A stretch of 64,000 nucleotides of DNA from Octopus sinensis (lineage: Eukaryota), in the NCBI RefSeq assembly GCF_006345805.1, contig NC_042997.1:115258001-115322000 (forward strand). Direction: 5' to 3'. Within the stretch, counting starts at the first letter, position 1; each line of letters opens with the position of its first letter. The position numbers were made by a program, and so were the translations under genes. Shown here piece after piece: positions 12,576-25,720 of this stretch. The notes beneath the pieces were generated by a model. It was not told the origin of the DNA and did no database searches. It saw only the letters and a list, made by a program, of their open reading frames with translations.

Positions 12576-13338
12576 GCATGTGTATGTATATATATATATT
12601 ATATATATGTATATTATGTTAATAAAATAGAACATATGCATATATATAAACATGTACGTACCTACCTACCTCTACATGTACATATACACGCATGTGTGTA
12701 CAATATATATATATATATGTGTGTGTGTATGTATGTATGTGTGTGTGTATGTATGTGTGTGTGTGTGTGTATGTATGTGTGTGTGTGTGTATGTATATGT
12801 GTGTGTGTGTATGTATGTATATGTGTGTGTGTGTATGTATGTATATGTGTGTGTGTGTATGTATGTATGTATATGTGTGTGTGTGTGTATGTATGTATGT
12901 GTGTGTGTGTGTATGTATGTATATGTGTGTGTATGTATGTATATGTGTGTGTATGTATGTATATGTGTGTGTGTATGTATGTATGTATATGTGTGTGTGT
13001 GTATGTATGTATATGTGTGTGTGTATGTATGTATATATGTGTGTGTGTGTATGTATGTATATATGTGTGTGTGTGTGTGTATGTATGTATGTGTGTGTGT
13101 GTGTGTATGTATGTATATGTGTGTGTGTATGTATGTATGTATATGTGTGTGTGTGTGTATGTATATATGTGTGTGTGTGTGTATGTATGTATATATGTGT
13201 GTGTATGTATGTATATGTGTGTGTGTATGTATGTATATGTGTGTGTGTATGTATGTATATGTATATATATGTATGTATGCATGTGTGTGTATATATATAT
13301 ATATATATTGCATGTGTATGTATATATATTATATATAT

Positions 13339-13371
<33 letters not shown>

Positions 13372-13467
13372 GTATATTATGTTAATAAAATAGAACATAT
13401 GCATATATATAAACATGTATGTACGTACCTACCTCTACATGTACATATACACGCATATGTGTGTACA

Positions 13468-13501
<34 letters not shown>

Positions 13502-13846
13502 ATGTATGTGTGTGTGTGTGTGTATGTATGTGTGTGTGTGTATGTATGTATATGTGTGTGTGTGTATGTATGTATATGTGTGTGTGTATGTATGTATATG
13601 TGTGTGTGTGTATGTATGTATATGTGTGTGTGTATGTATGTATATGTGTGTATGTATGTATATGTGTGTGTGTGTATGTATGTATATATGTGTGTGTATG
13701 TATGTATGTATATGTGTGTGTGTGTGTGTATGTATGTATATGTGTGTGTGTGTATGTATGTGTGTGTGTGTGTGTATGTATGTATATATGTGTGTGTGTG
13801 TACGTATGTATATGTGTGTATGTATGTATATATGTGTGTGTGTGTA

Positions 13847-13877
<31 letters not shown>

Positions 13878-13951
13878 ATGTGTGTGTGTGTATGTATGTA
13901 TATGTGTGTGTGTGTATGTATGTATATATGTGTATATATATGTATGTATAT
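11922..13951. repeat. Compound (GT)/(ATGT) microsatellite organised as a ~763-bp tandem duplication
   Basis: The unique spacer gttaataaaatagaacatatgc..cctacctctacatg occurs at 12618 and 13381. Confidence 0.95.
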
Positions 13952-13952
13952 A

Positions 13953-14163
13953 TTGCCAGCCTCGCCTGGCACCTGTGCAGGTGGCACGTAAAAAGCACCC
14001 ACTACACTCATGGAGTGGTTGGCGTTAGGAAGGGCATCCAGCTGTAGAAACATTGCCAGATAAGACTGGAGCCTGGTGCAGCCTTCTGGCTTCCCAGATC
14101 CCCGGTCGAACCGTCCAACCCATGCTAGCATGGAGAACGGACGTTAAACGATGATGATGATGA
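13953..14163 (+). mobile_element. Family C retroposon, young subfamily
   Basis: Nearly identical to 24316-24560 (reverse) and 34165-34400; CpGs retained; flanked by TA-rich microsatellite. Confidence 0.85.
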
Positions 14164-14883
14164 TATATACACGTGTCTGTATGTGGTTGTTTCTGTTTGT
14201 CTTCCACTACTGCTTGATACCGGAACTGTATTTACGTCCCTATAGCTTAGCGATGCGACAAAAGATTAAGTACCAGGTTTAAAAAAGTAAATACTGGTAT
14301 CAATTCGTAAGACTATAATTCTTTTGGCCGGTGCCCCAGCATGGTCGCAGTCTAATGATTGAAAAAGAGCTACCAAATAAATTACTTAGTAAAACCTTAA
14401 GCTAAGGGAGGTAACTCTTGTAAAACTTTGACTCATATCAATTATACGACATTAAAACAACTCACAGTCGCTCGACTTGTTAGAAATAGCAACCCAAATG
14501 CTTTTGAGTCAGACTAAGAAGCATTAAATAATGTAGTCCTTGATACACTATGAATGGGTGGTTTTAGAGGAAAGAAGTAAAGGATTTAGTAATCTGAAAG
14601 TCAACTGGAAATTTCATTTTTGTATTTAAGTATTTGTAATGATGTGACATCATCGTTTAACATTCAAATTTTTTCATACTTGCATGTGCCAGATAATTTG
14701 TTGAGGTAGATTTTTTTATAGTTGGATACCCTTTCTGTTGCCAACCATCGCTTGTTTCCATATAACCAGACCTGTTTTTTTTTGTGGAAGACTGGAAATA
14801 ACAGCTTCACTTGTATGACAATTGTATTCATTTACAACCATTGCCTGATGTCAAGACAAGATTACACACTCATTTATACGTAA

Positions 14884-15420
14884 TCATCATCATCGTTTAA
14901 CGTCTGCTTTCCATACTAGCATGGGTTGGACGATTTTGACTGAGGACTGGCGAACCAGATGGCTGCACCAAGCTCCAATCTTGATCTGGCAGAGTTTCTA
15001 CAGCTTGATGCCCTTCCTAACGCCAACCACTCTGAGAGTGTAGTGGGTGCTTTTATGTGCCACTGGCACGAGGGCCAGTCTGGTAGTACTGGCAACGGCC
15101 ACACTCGAATGATGCTTTTTACGTGCCACCTGCACAGGAGTCAGTCAAGCGGCACTGTCAACGACCTCGCTGGAATGTTTTGTTCATGTGCCACTGGCAC
15201 AAGTGCCAGTAAGGCGACGCTGGTAATTATTATGCTCAAATGGTGCTTTTTACGTACCACCAGCATGGGAGCCAGACAGCTGCTCTGGCAGTGAACCCGC
15301 TCGGATGGTACTCTTAGCGCTCCACTAGCACAGATGCCAGTCATCGAATTTGGTTCAATTTCGATTTCACTTGCCCCAACAGGTCTTTCACAAGTAGAGT
15401 TTAGTGTCCAATGAAGGAAG
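14884..15420 (-). mobile_element. Family C retroposon flanked by a ~125-bp direct repeat
   Basis: Family C body plus array; duplicated flank at 14755-14878 and 15469-15594. Confidence 0.85.
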
Positions 15421-16490
15421 GTTGGCATGGGTTCCAGTCGTCAAATTTGGTTCGATTTTGAATTCGAATTTCCATATAAGTAGACATGTTTTTGTTTTTT
15501 TTGTGGAAGACTGGAAATAAACAGCTTGTATCACAATCGTATTCATTTACAACCATTGCCTGATGTCCAAGACAAGATTACACACTCATTTATATATGTA
15601 ATAATAACAGTAATAATGAACTTATTGTATGCAGTGCTCAGGTGCACTACAACATATCAGTGAAAGCTTGCCAAAAGTGCATATAAAGTACATAACATAA
15701 TGCACAAAAAAACCCAGGAAAGTGAACGGTAAATGAGTCATAATAAAAAAAAGAAACATCAGGTATAGTCTTTGCGAATTTAAGTTAGCATGGAAGTCCT
15801 GAAACATGTAGAGTCCCAACAGCTAACAACTGATATGGAGAGTTTATTCCGTGCTTCAGCAATTCAGAGTGTGAAAATATGTTTCCAAAAGCCATGGGCG
15901 GTGCTGTGTTGTTTTCTGATTTTGTAAGTATGTCCACAAGTGTTAGACATACAGAATTCTAAAAGGTGCCAAAGTTTTGTTTGGGAAAGATGGTGGATAA
16001 TCCTGTGAGTGTTCTACCAAGTCAGTTGCCAGGCATCAGAGTTTTATTGTGTCCATGACCAGAGAAGCAAGCTGTTCAGATTATGGCAGATGCCTGGTGG
16101 TGGATATTCGTCTGGTTGCACGTTTCTGAACAGTTGTCAGGAGATTAATATTTTGGACAAAAAGGGGTTTCAGGCTGGTGTTGTTAACTCTAGATGGGCT
16201 TCCTCACAGTTTCTGTCTGCCAAATCACTCACAAGGCATTGATCAACCCATAACTATAGTTGAAGACACTTGCCCAAGGAGCCACGTAATGAGATTGAAC
16301 CCAGAACAACATGGTTTGGAAGCAAGCCTTTTAACCTCAAGGCCACTGAGATTATAAATTATATTAATTAACTGTAACAATGTAAACTAAGGTTATTAAT
16401 TACATGAAGAATTATTCTTTGGTTTCTTTAGTTTGAAATCTTTTGAATGTTCCAGAAATAATGGTTTGTATTTTATGATTATTTTTTCAG

Positions 16491-16587
16491 ATCAAAAAGT
16501 TTGTATATTCAAAGAGCATAAAAGTTTTGTGCAAGGAGTGAGTTGGGACCCTCTCAATGAATTTATTGCTACAATGAGTACAGATAG
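16491..16587 (+). CDS. CHAF1B: CHAF1B coding exon 6
   Basis: ttttttcag|AT CAA..., (D)[31 protein letters not shown](R); donor AG|GTATGT, phase 2. Confidence 0.97.
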
Positions 16588-16610
16588 GTATGTTATCTAA
16601 TTCTTTCTTC

Positions 16611-17511
16611 CAGGGAGTCGGAGTTGTGGAGTCGGTAAACAACTAAGGGGTAGTCGGAGTCGGTAAAACTATATGGATTCTGACTCCGACTCACAATATC
16701 TTTATTCTTTAACTAGCAGTATCGCCCGGCGTTGCTTGGGTTTGTTTCGACCCTTTAGAATTGGAATTTTTGAAAAGTATAAATTTTGCATTATGTAGCT
16801 TGTTATTCTCTTTAAGTGATCATTTTTCTGGTTGAAATACACTGGTGACACAGCAGTCAAAAAATTGTAAAAAATAGGGATTTTCATAGAAAAAAAGCAC
16901 CTTTTTGATGTAAATAATTTTTGGTCTTAACATGGTCTGATTTGAATTTTTTCTTCTATCATACTCTCAATTTTGGTCAACTTGCACCACAGGGTCTCGG
17001 AGGAGATAGTGTTAGTTGAAGGCTACCAAACCTGCCATACACAGACAACTTCAGCTTTATATATATAAAGATATAAACCAGTTATAACCTATAGGCCTAC
17101 TCAAAGTACAAGTGTATGCATAAGCTTTATGAGGTATGGAAACCACAATCACTTAATTACATGATGAGGAGTCGGAGTCAAACTTTTTTGTTTTGACTCC
17201 ACAGCCTTTTTAATTAGTTTAGTAATTTGTTAAATACTGTATTGCTGTCGTCAGTTGATTCAATGAAGTAGCAGTCTCTATGTGGTCCACCAGACTGCCT
17301 AGAAATAGCAGTCAAATATCTTTCAAATTGCCCTTTACCATCTTATTAACGGATGGGAAGTACTAGATGATGTCGCCTTGAATATTAATGCAATACCTGA
17401 GAAATAGATGTTATGTCGAGGCTGACCTTGGGTTAAAATAACAACAAAAGAAATCCCTCTAATTCCAAGATTTAAAGAGTCGAAGTATTTTGTTTTGATT
17501 CCACAGCCTTG
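16611..17511. mobile_element. hAT-like MITE with GGAGTC-rich termini, carrying nested insertions
   Basis: CAGGG..GTGGAGTC left end and GATTCCACAGCCTTG right end (a second right-end copy ends at ~17207); 8-bp TSD CTTTCTTC at 16603-16610 and 17512-17519. Confidence 0.75.
16712..17072 (+). mobile_element. Helentron/HINE-like non-autonomous element
   Basis: ACTAGCAGTATCGCCCGGCGTTGCTTGGG 5' hairpin and ACAGACAACTTCAGCTTTATATATA..AGAT 3' end; a near-identical copy is at 48529-48923. Confidence 0.6.
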
Positions 17512-18742
17512 CTTTCTTCAATGGGGTTTGCAGGTGTCTGTGCGTGATACATGAATACGCACATACATAGAAAGCAGATTACTCTGCCAAATGCAATGCT
17601 TATTTATTCACATTGTTTTGGATTGATTGTGCACTATCTCAGAGCTTTGAGATTTCGATGCTGGTGTTTTTACATCCCTGAAATTTAGCAGTTCGCCAAA
17701 AAGAGACTGATAGAATAAGTACTAGGCTTACAAAGAATAAGTCCTGAGGTCGATTTCTTTGTTTAAAGGCAGTGCACCAGCATGGCCACAGTCAAAAGAA
17801 AGAACATATTCGTTTGCTTAATTAAATTCTTTGGACAATATTGCTCAAGTTTGAAATAAAATTATATTAATATTTGTCTAGCTACATAAATTATAACCCT
17901 AATCAGCATATACTTAGATAAATTATAACTCTAATTGGCATACATTTACATAAATCATAACAGCATGCAGCATAAATTTACATAAGTTATAAGTAAAAAC
18001 TTATCTATAATATAAATTGGACATGGACGATTGTTGTATTCTTTCTTGTCTTGAGGTTCACAGCCAAACAGCTGGGTGGATTCATGTGAAAAATGGCACA
18101 CATGTGCAGACGGGTGCATACATTGGAATGTGGTTTTATTTTTTTCCTAGTCCCCATACTTACCGAGAATATTGATTAAAATTTTTTCTAATGGAATTCC
18201 CGTTTGTTTCGCCATTGAAACAACCAGTTGCTCGCACAGCTGGCATATACCATTTCACTAGCAACAAGGGGAGTACAGGATGACAGTCAGCCAAAACTTT
18301 AGCTATGCTGTCTCTCTTCTTCTTTCTCACATACACATGCGCAAGCACAGACGCACACACATGCAAACACACATATACACACACATCCATTTCAAATCAA
18401 TGTTTTAATGATTAGATAGAGGTTCAATAGAATAGCTCTCAGAAACAGACTACGTACAAATTCTTTCTTCACAACTCCTGAAGCTGTTTTCTGACAAGGA
18501 GGAGGCTCCAATTGAAACAGGGGACCTGAAATGATAAGGTTGAGAAACACTGTTATAGATTATGCCTAAATGAAAACGATCATAGCCACATCATCCAAAC
18601 AGACTGGGTGAAACCGGGCTTAGCTGCTAGCGAAATATATAAGGAATAATTTATATGGTACAAGACTAATTGTTTTAGGAATATTCTGAAAACCCATTTA
18701 TTTATTTATCTATCTTAATATTGTGTTTTATTTTCTGTACAG

Positions 18743-19000
18743 GTCTTGTCGTGTATTCAGTGTTGCAAAACAATGCCTCGTCCACGATATATACAAGATG
18801 AATTCACTGTCACAGTCCAACGATTCGGACGCTAAAAGTAAATCCAGTCGCATATTTCACGATGACACAATGAGGTCATTTTTCAGACGGTTGACCTTCA
18901 GTCCTGATGGGGAATTGTTAATCATGCCAGCTGGTTGTGTGGAACTGGAGACCAAAGTTATCAATGCTACATTTATTTGTTCCCGATATAAACTCAACAA
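18743..19000 (+). CDS. CHAF1B: CHAF1B coding exon 7
   Basis: ctgtacag|G TCT..., SCRVFSVAK...RIFHDDTMRSFFRRLTFSPDGELLIMPAGC...SRYKLN(K), the diagnostic CAF-1 p60 FHDD..SFFRRLxFSPDG motif; donor AA|GTATGT, phase 2. Confidence 0.97.
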
Positions 19001-20001
19001 GTATGTTATTCAGTTATTCATTTCTCTCTTTCTCCTTCCTTTCTCTCCCCTTCACTTCCCTCTGGTTCCTTGTCCTACCAAGGTTGCCAAGTCTTTCCTC
19101 TAGTAAGACAGCTATCCCTGACCCTCTTATTATCCCCGACCCTCTATCACACCCCAACCTCTTGCCTGGCACATGGCCTCTTATCTCAGTTCCTCTCCTT
19201 CTCCAAGCTGAGATGTCCTTGGTGACCCTGTGAGTACTGGTACCATGTAAAAAGCACTTGTGTTAGCACCACGTAAGCATCCATGCCTGTGTTGCATAAA
19301 AAAAAGCATCCATGGTGCGGGAATGGCTGTGTGGTAAGAAGCTTGCTTACCAACCACATGGTTCCAGGTTCAGTTTTACTGCATGGCACCTTGGACAAGT
19401 GTCTTCTACTACAGCTTCGGGCTGACCAAAGCCTTGTGAGTGGATTTGCTTGATGGAAACTGAAAGAAGCTCATCATAGTGCGTAAAAAGCACTCACTAC
19501 ACTCTCAGAGTGGTTGGTGTTGGGAAGAGCAGAAACTTTGCCAGATCAGATTGGAGCCTGGTGCAGCCTTCTGGTTTGCCAGCCCTCAGTCAAACCGTCC
19601 AACCCATGCCAGCATGGAAAGCTGACGTTCAATGACGACAATGATGATATATATATATATATATATAGCTAGTACCGCATCGACTGGCCTCCGTGCTGTG
19701 GGCACGTAACAAACACCATCCAATCGTGGCCGTTCACCAGCCTCGTCTGGCACCTGTGTCGGTGGCACATAAAAAAAAGACCATCCAAGCGTGGCCGTTC
19801 GCCAGCCTCGTCTGGCACCCGTGTCGGTGGCACATAAAATCACCCACTACACTCTCGGAGTGGTTGGCGTTAGGAAGGGCATCCAGCTGTAGAAACACTG
19901 CCAGATCTGACTGGCCTGGTGCAGCCTTTGGGCTCCCCAGACCCCAGTTGAACTGTCCAACCCATGCTAGCATGGAAAGCGGACGTTAAACGATGATGAT
20001 G

Positions 20002-20032
<31 letters not shown>

Positions 20033-21036
20033 TACATACATACATAAACACACACACATATACACTCATGTATGTATGTGTGTGTTTGTCTGTTTGTCTC
20101 CCCAACGTCGCTTGGCAACCAATGCTGGTGTGTTTACATCCCCATAACTTAGCGGTTCAGCAAAAAGAGGCCGATAGTATAAGTACTAGGCTTACAAAGA
20201 ATAAATCCTGGGGTCAATTTGCTCGACTGAAGGTGGTGCTCCGGCATGGCCACAGTCAAATAACTGAAACAAGTAAAAGAATAAAAGAATAAAAAACACA
20301 CATGCTGGTGCCACATAAGAAACACCCAGTTCACTCTGTAAACTGGTTGGTGTTAAGAAGGTGATCCAGTTGTAGAAAGCACGCCAAAACAGATGCCTAG
20401 TGCCTGGGGCAGCTCTCTGGCTTGCCAGCTTCTATCAAGCCGTCCAGCTCATGGCCAGCATGAAAAATGTATGTTACATGATGATGTTGATGCTTTTCCT
20501 TGTCTCTACTCGTGTTTTACTCACTGCATTCCTCTTCCGTTCGTCTCACACTTCCCTTTTGCACTCATGAGCTTACCCACCCACTTACCTTATACAATCC
20601 TTAGTACTACTCCTCTTACTGTCACTTCCCTGTAACTTAAGGGTATGCTCTCACACATCCTCACCATCTCTCTCTCTCTCCAGTTGGTGCAGCCACATAT
20701 CTTCTCTGTGGCGAGACACCTGTTTCTGTCCCTCTCTCACACTTTACTCTCATCACCTGACAAAAAGTCTTCATTATAACTCTCCCCTCACATAAGGGGT
20801 CTTATCTTGGAAGGTACTACATGACCTTCCTGGTACTGATACCGCAAAAAAAGCCCCCCACTACACTTTGTAAAGTGGTTGGTGTTAGGAAGGACAACCT
20901 GCCACAGAATCCTTTCCAAAACAGAGGCGCTGGAGTGGCTGTGTGGTAAGTAGCTTGCCTATCAACCACATGGTTCCAGGTTCAGTCCCACTGTGTAGCA
21001 CCTTGGGCAAGGGTCTACTATAGCCTCGGACTGACA

Positions 21037-21207
21037 TCAAAAAATACCTTAGGAATGAAAACCCAGGTTCGAAATTTCCTCAAGACACCTGAAGATAGCT
21101 GGAGGGTGTATCAGCCAAAACGTTGTGTTAACAACAATCGAGATGAGGACAAATATCCGTCGAGTGTAAATAATGTACATAATTCCTCATCTCTTAAATA
21201 TGGAACT
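21037..21207 (+). mobile_element. Penelope-like pseudo-LTR 3' fragment with HHR-like motif
   Basis: GACAC-CTGAAGA-TAGCTG..CAGCC-AAAA-CGTT-GTGTT at 21084-21129 and the pLTR end ctcttaaatatggaact. Confidence 0.8.
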
Positions 21208-21269
21208 GTTCTTTCTTGATATTTCTAATCTGTTGAATTCTTCAAATTTTTTCCTTAATTTCAACCCAG

Positions 21270-21376
21270 GCCAGCTGTATATCTTCCAACAGGATCCAAA
21301 GTTACTATTGCTGTTAGATGTTCACCTATCTACTACAAATTAAGAAAAATACCACATCAAGATTTAGGAACAACAG
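21270..21376 (+). CDS. CHAF1B: CHAF1B coding exon 8
   Basis: caacccag|G CCA..., PAVYLPTGSKVTIAVRCSPIYYKLRKIPHQDLGTT; donor G|GTAAGG, phase 1. Confidence 0.95.
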
Positions 21377-22705
21377 GTAAGGGAGGTTATGGGTTTGCTT
21401 TCTCTTGAACTTCTCAATTGTTAATTTCGTTTGGTTATTCCACTTTATCCCCATCTCTATCCTTCTGCCCCTCCTTTCACATTCCTGTAAATTTACTCAT
21501 CCATTCCACTTCCCATTTTCACAGTGTGACAAATTTTTTACACCACAGGAATGTATTGTTAGCACTTTCATACAATAAATATATCTTGTGGTGCTAAGTA
21601 TTTGTCAGTATGTAATCCACTGAATTATGTAGGAAAATTACCTTGGTGTAAACAGTTTTGGTTTATCAACTCATTTGTTTAGTTCATTTTAGTCATCACA
21701 CACAAAAAAATCATATATATATATATATATATAGCATATATGTAATAGAATTCTGAAAAAAAAAAACCCATCTAATGGATTTTGGATTGAAATTTTATTC
21801 AGTTTTATTGTTGAGGCTATAGATAAAAATTTGACCTAGGCGAATGAGAATGGTCTCAACCATTTGAGACGTACAATTATTTCATGCTACCCTGTTTTTG
21901 TGAAAGAACTATGAGGATACAAAGTGTCCCTAAAACGTAGATATTAACACAAAGCCCCCAAATCTATGGAATTCCGACATGAAACATCGCCTAAATATTG
22001 ATGATAAAAATGTATTACTTCCCTTTGGAAGGTAGCCGTAAAACTCCAAGTTATCTCCCTTGGAGCGATAAGTTTGCTTTTTTTTTAAGTTTTGAAGCTA
22101 AGTTAATTAGACATTTGGGTTTCATTCTTTCAGTAGTTGATAAAACAAAGTACCAGTCAAATGCTGGGATTGATGATACTGATATAACCCTTCCCCTCAA
22201 AACTGCTTGCGTTATGCTTAAATTAGACATTAGAATTAATTCTTACAGTTTCTGGAAACATTATATGTTAGAGGCAATTCTTCCATCTTTATGTACATCA
22301 TCATGATGACTGTTTAACGTCCACTTTCCATGCTGGCATGGGTGGGATGGTTTTACAAGAGCCGGTCAGTCAGAAGCCTGCACCAGACTTTTGTGATTGT
22401 TTTGGCATGGTTTTTATAGCTGGGTGCCCTTCCTAACATCAACCACTCCAAGATTATGTGGGTGCTTTTTATGTGCCACCGGCACAAGAACCATTTAGGT
22501 GAGTCTGGCACCGACCATGTTTGGAGGGTGCTTTTTACGTGCCACCAACACAGGAGCCAATCAGGGGGCACTGGCCACAGCTATGATATTGGTTTTGCTT
22601 GACTCAACATACATCTCATTATCTTAAATTATTTTAGAGTTACATGTTTTTTAATAAGCTTTAGATTCTAAACTCTGCAACTTAACCATCTTCTCTTTCC
22701 TTCAG

Positions 22706-22757
22706 TTATAGAAGAATGTAATCTTAAAGAATGGGAAAAATACCAAACTACATTCTG
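22706..22757 (+). CDS. CHAF1B: CHAF1B coding exon 9
   Basis: ttccttcag|TT ATA GAA..., (V)IEECNLKEWEKYQTTF(C); donor TG|GTAAGT. It bridges phase 1 of exon 8 to phase 2 of exon 10, which the gene model requires. Confidence 0.88.
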
Positions 22758-23928
22758 GTAAGTTCATTTTTTTGTTTTCTTCATATTTCTTCATATACTT
22801 TTGCCATGATGCAATGATTGTTTGTGTTTTTCGACAACCATTTGCTAAAGTGAGAAATGTTCTCCATGCCAAATTAGCAATGGGCCATTCTAAGTGGTTG
22901 TTTATTTTCAGCATTGGTTTTGCATGTCCCCTAGAATATACGTATGCACTTAGATGTATATAAACATGTGTATGTATATGTAAATGGGTGAGCCAGAAAG
23001 TGATGCAATATTTTAATTTCATTCCATTTTGACACAGCATTGTGTGTGTGTTATCATCATTTAACATCTGCTCTCCATTCTGGCATGGGTTAGATGGTTT
23101 AACTGGAGCTGATGAGCCAGAGAGCTGCACCAAGTTCCAGTCTCATTTTGGCATGGTTTCTACAGCTGGATGCCCTTCCTAACATCAACCACTCCAGGAG
23201 TGTAATGGGTGCCTTTATGTGTCACTGGTGCGGGTGTCATTTATGCAACACTGGCAACAACCATGGCTACGATTTACGGGTGGGTGCCATTTACATAGCT
23301 CAGGCAATGACCACATCTACAATGCACAAGTGCCATTTAAATGGTACAAGCAGTGACCACAACTATATACATATAATAATTCTGATGCACACACTACAAC
23401 CTATCTCTATTCTATCTACCTATCTCTATTCTATCTACCTCTCTTGTTCTTTTCTGTTTTTCTCTCCCACCCTTTTTCTAATTCCTTTCCTCTCCCCTTC
23501 ACTGTTCCCTCTCCCTCCCTCACTCTTCCTCCTTAACTCTCTTCTTGCTCACATGTGATCAGCGGCTATCTATCTTTCTTCTACTTCCTTCCTAAAGACA
23601 AGGCGTGCTTTTGCCTGTCTCTTCTCAAAGCTCGTTTCTCCAGCGTTCACCACTTCACCTCGTTATGGCTTAAAAGCCCTCACCATTTGTTTTTACTGTT
23701 TTGTTTACACTGTCCTGTTTTTGTCTCCACTTTTAACCCTCCACAAATCCCAAATTTTTTGAAGTTTACTTTGCAGCAACGACTGTTTTAACGAAGTCTT
23801 GTCTTGTCCCTTACATTTGAAAGAGGGAGTAGATAAAATGGGACAACTGATGAAGGGAATGTTGCCTGTCTCGTTTTCCATGTTTTTGTTTCTCATTTTG
23901 TTCAGTTTTTTTTTTGAGGTCCTGTACC

Positions 23929-24130
23929 CATATATGCATGTATATATACATATATGTAGGTATGTGCATATATGTATGTATATATATTATTTATTATATA
24001 TATATATATATGTGTATATATGTATATATATTATTTATTATATATGTATATATATATATATGTATATATATACATATGTATATATATATATGTATATATA
24101 TATGTGTATATATGTATATATATATGTGTA

Positions 24131-24182
<52 letters not shown>

Positions 24183-25667
24183 TATATGTGTATATATGTA
24201 TATATATATATATGTGTATATATGTATATATATATATATGTGTATATATGTATATATATATATATGTGTATATATGTATATATATATATATGTGTATATG
24301 TGTATATATATATATCATCATCATCATCATCATCGTCGTCGTTTAACGTCCGTTCTCCATGCTAGCATGGGTTGGACGGTTCGACCGGGGTTCTGGGAAG
24401 CCAGAAGGCTGCACCAGGCTCCAGTCTAATTTGGCAATGTTTCTACAGCTGGATGCCCTTCCTAACGCCAACCACTCCGTGAGTGTAGTGGGTGCTTTTT
24501 ACGTGCCACCTGCACAGGTGCCAGGCGGGGCTGGCAACGGCCACGGTCAGATTGGTGTATTTTATGTGCCACCGGCACGGAAGCCAGTCGAGGCGGTGCT
24601 GGCATCGGCCACGAGTCGGATAGTGCTTTTTACGTACCACCAGACCAGGGATCCTGGCTGGTTCAGTTCGATTTCGATTTCGCTTGCCCCAACATGTCTT
24701 CACAAGCAAAGGGGGTTGGCAAGGGTGATGTGTATATATATATATATGTATGTATATATGTGTATATATATAATATATGTTATGTATATATGTGTATATA
24801 TATATATATGTATGTATATATGTTATATATAATATATGTATGTATATATGTGTAATTATATATATGTATGTATATATGTGTATATATTATATATGTATGT
24901 ATATATGTGTATATATATATGTATGTATATATGTATATATATATATATAGTATGTATATATGTATATATATATATATGTATGTATATGTATATATATATA
25001 TATATATGTATGTATATATATATATATATATTGTATGTATATATGTATATATATATATATATATGTTATATATGTATATATATATATATGTATGTATATA
25101 TGTATATATATATATATGTATGTATATATGTATATATATATATGTTGTATATATGTATATATATATATATGTATGTATATATGTATATATATATATATAT
25201 GTATGTATATATGTATATATATATATAGTATTTATATATGTATATATATATATGTATGTATATATGTATATATATATATATGTATGTTATATATGTATAT
25301 ATATATATGTAGTATATATGTTATATATATATGTATGTATATATGTATATATATATGTGTATATATATGTGTATATATGTGTATATATATGTATGTATAT
25401 ATGTGTATTATATGTATGTATATATGGTAATATATATATAATGTATTATGTATATATGTGTATATATATATATATGTATGTATATATGTGTATTATATAT
25501 AATATGTATGTATATATGTGTTATATATATATATATGTGTATGTATATATGTGTATATATATATATATGTATGTATATATGTATATATATATATATGTAT
25601 GTATATATGTATATATATATATATGTATGTATATATGTATATATGTATATATATATATATGTATGTA

Positions 25668-25720
<53 letters not shown>

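Noticed and set aside
11854-14131. Long ORFs of 200-500 aa (HT/YI/CV-rich); also 23799-26941, 46834-47656 and 53842-55430
   Set aside because: They are translations of GT/TA/ATGT microsatellites, which lack stop codons; no coding signal.
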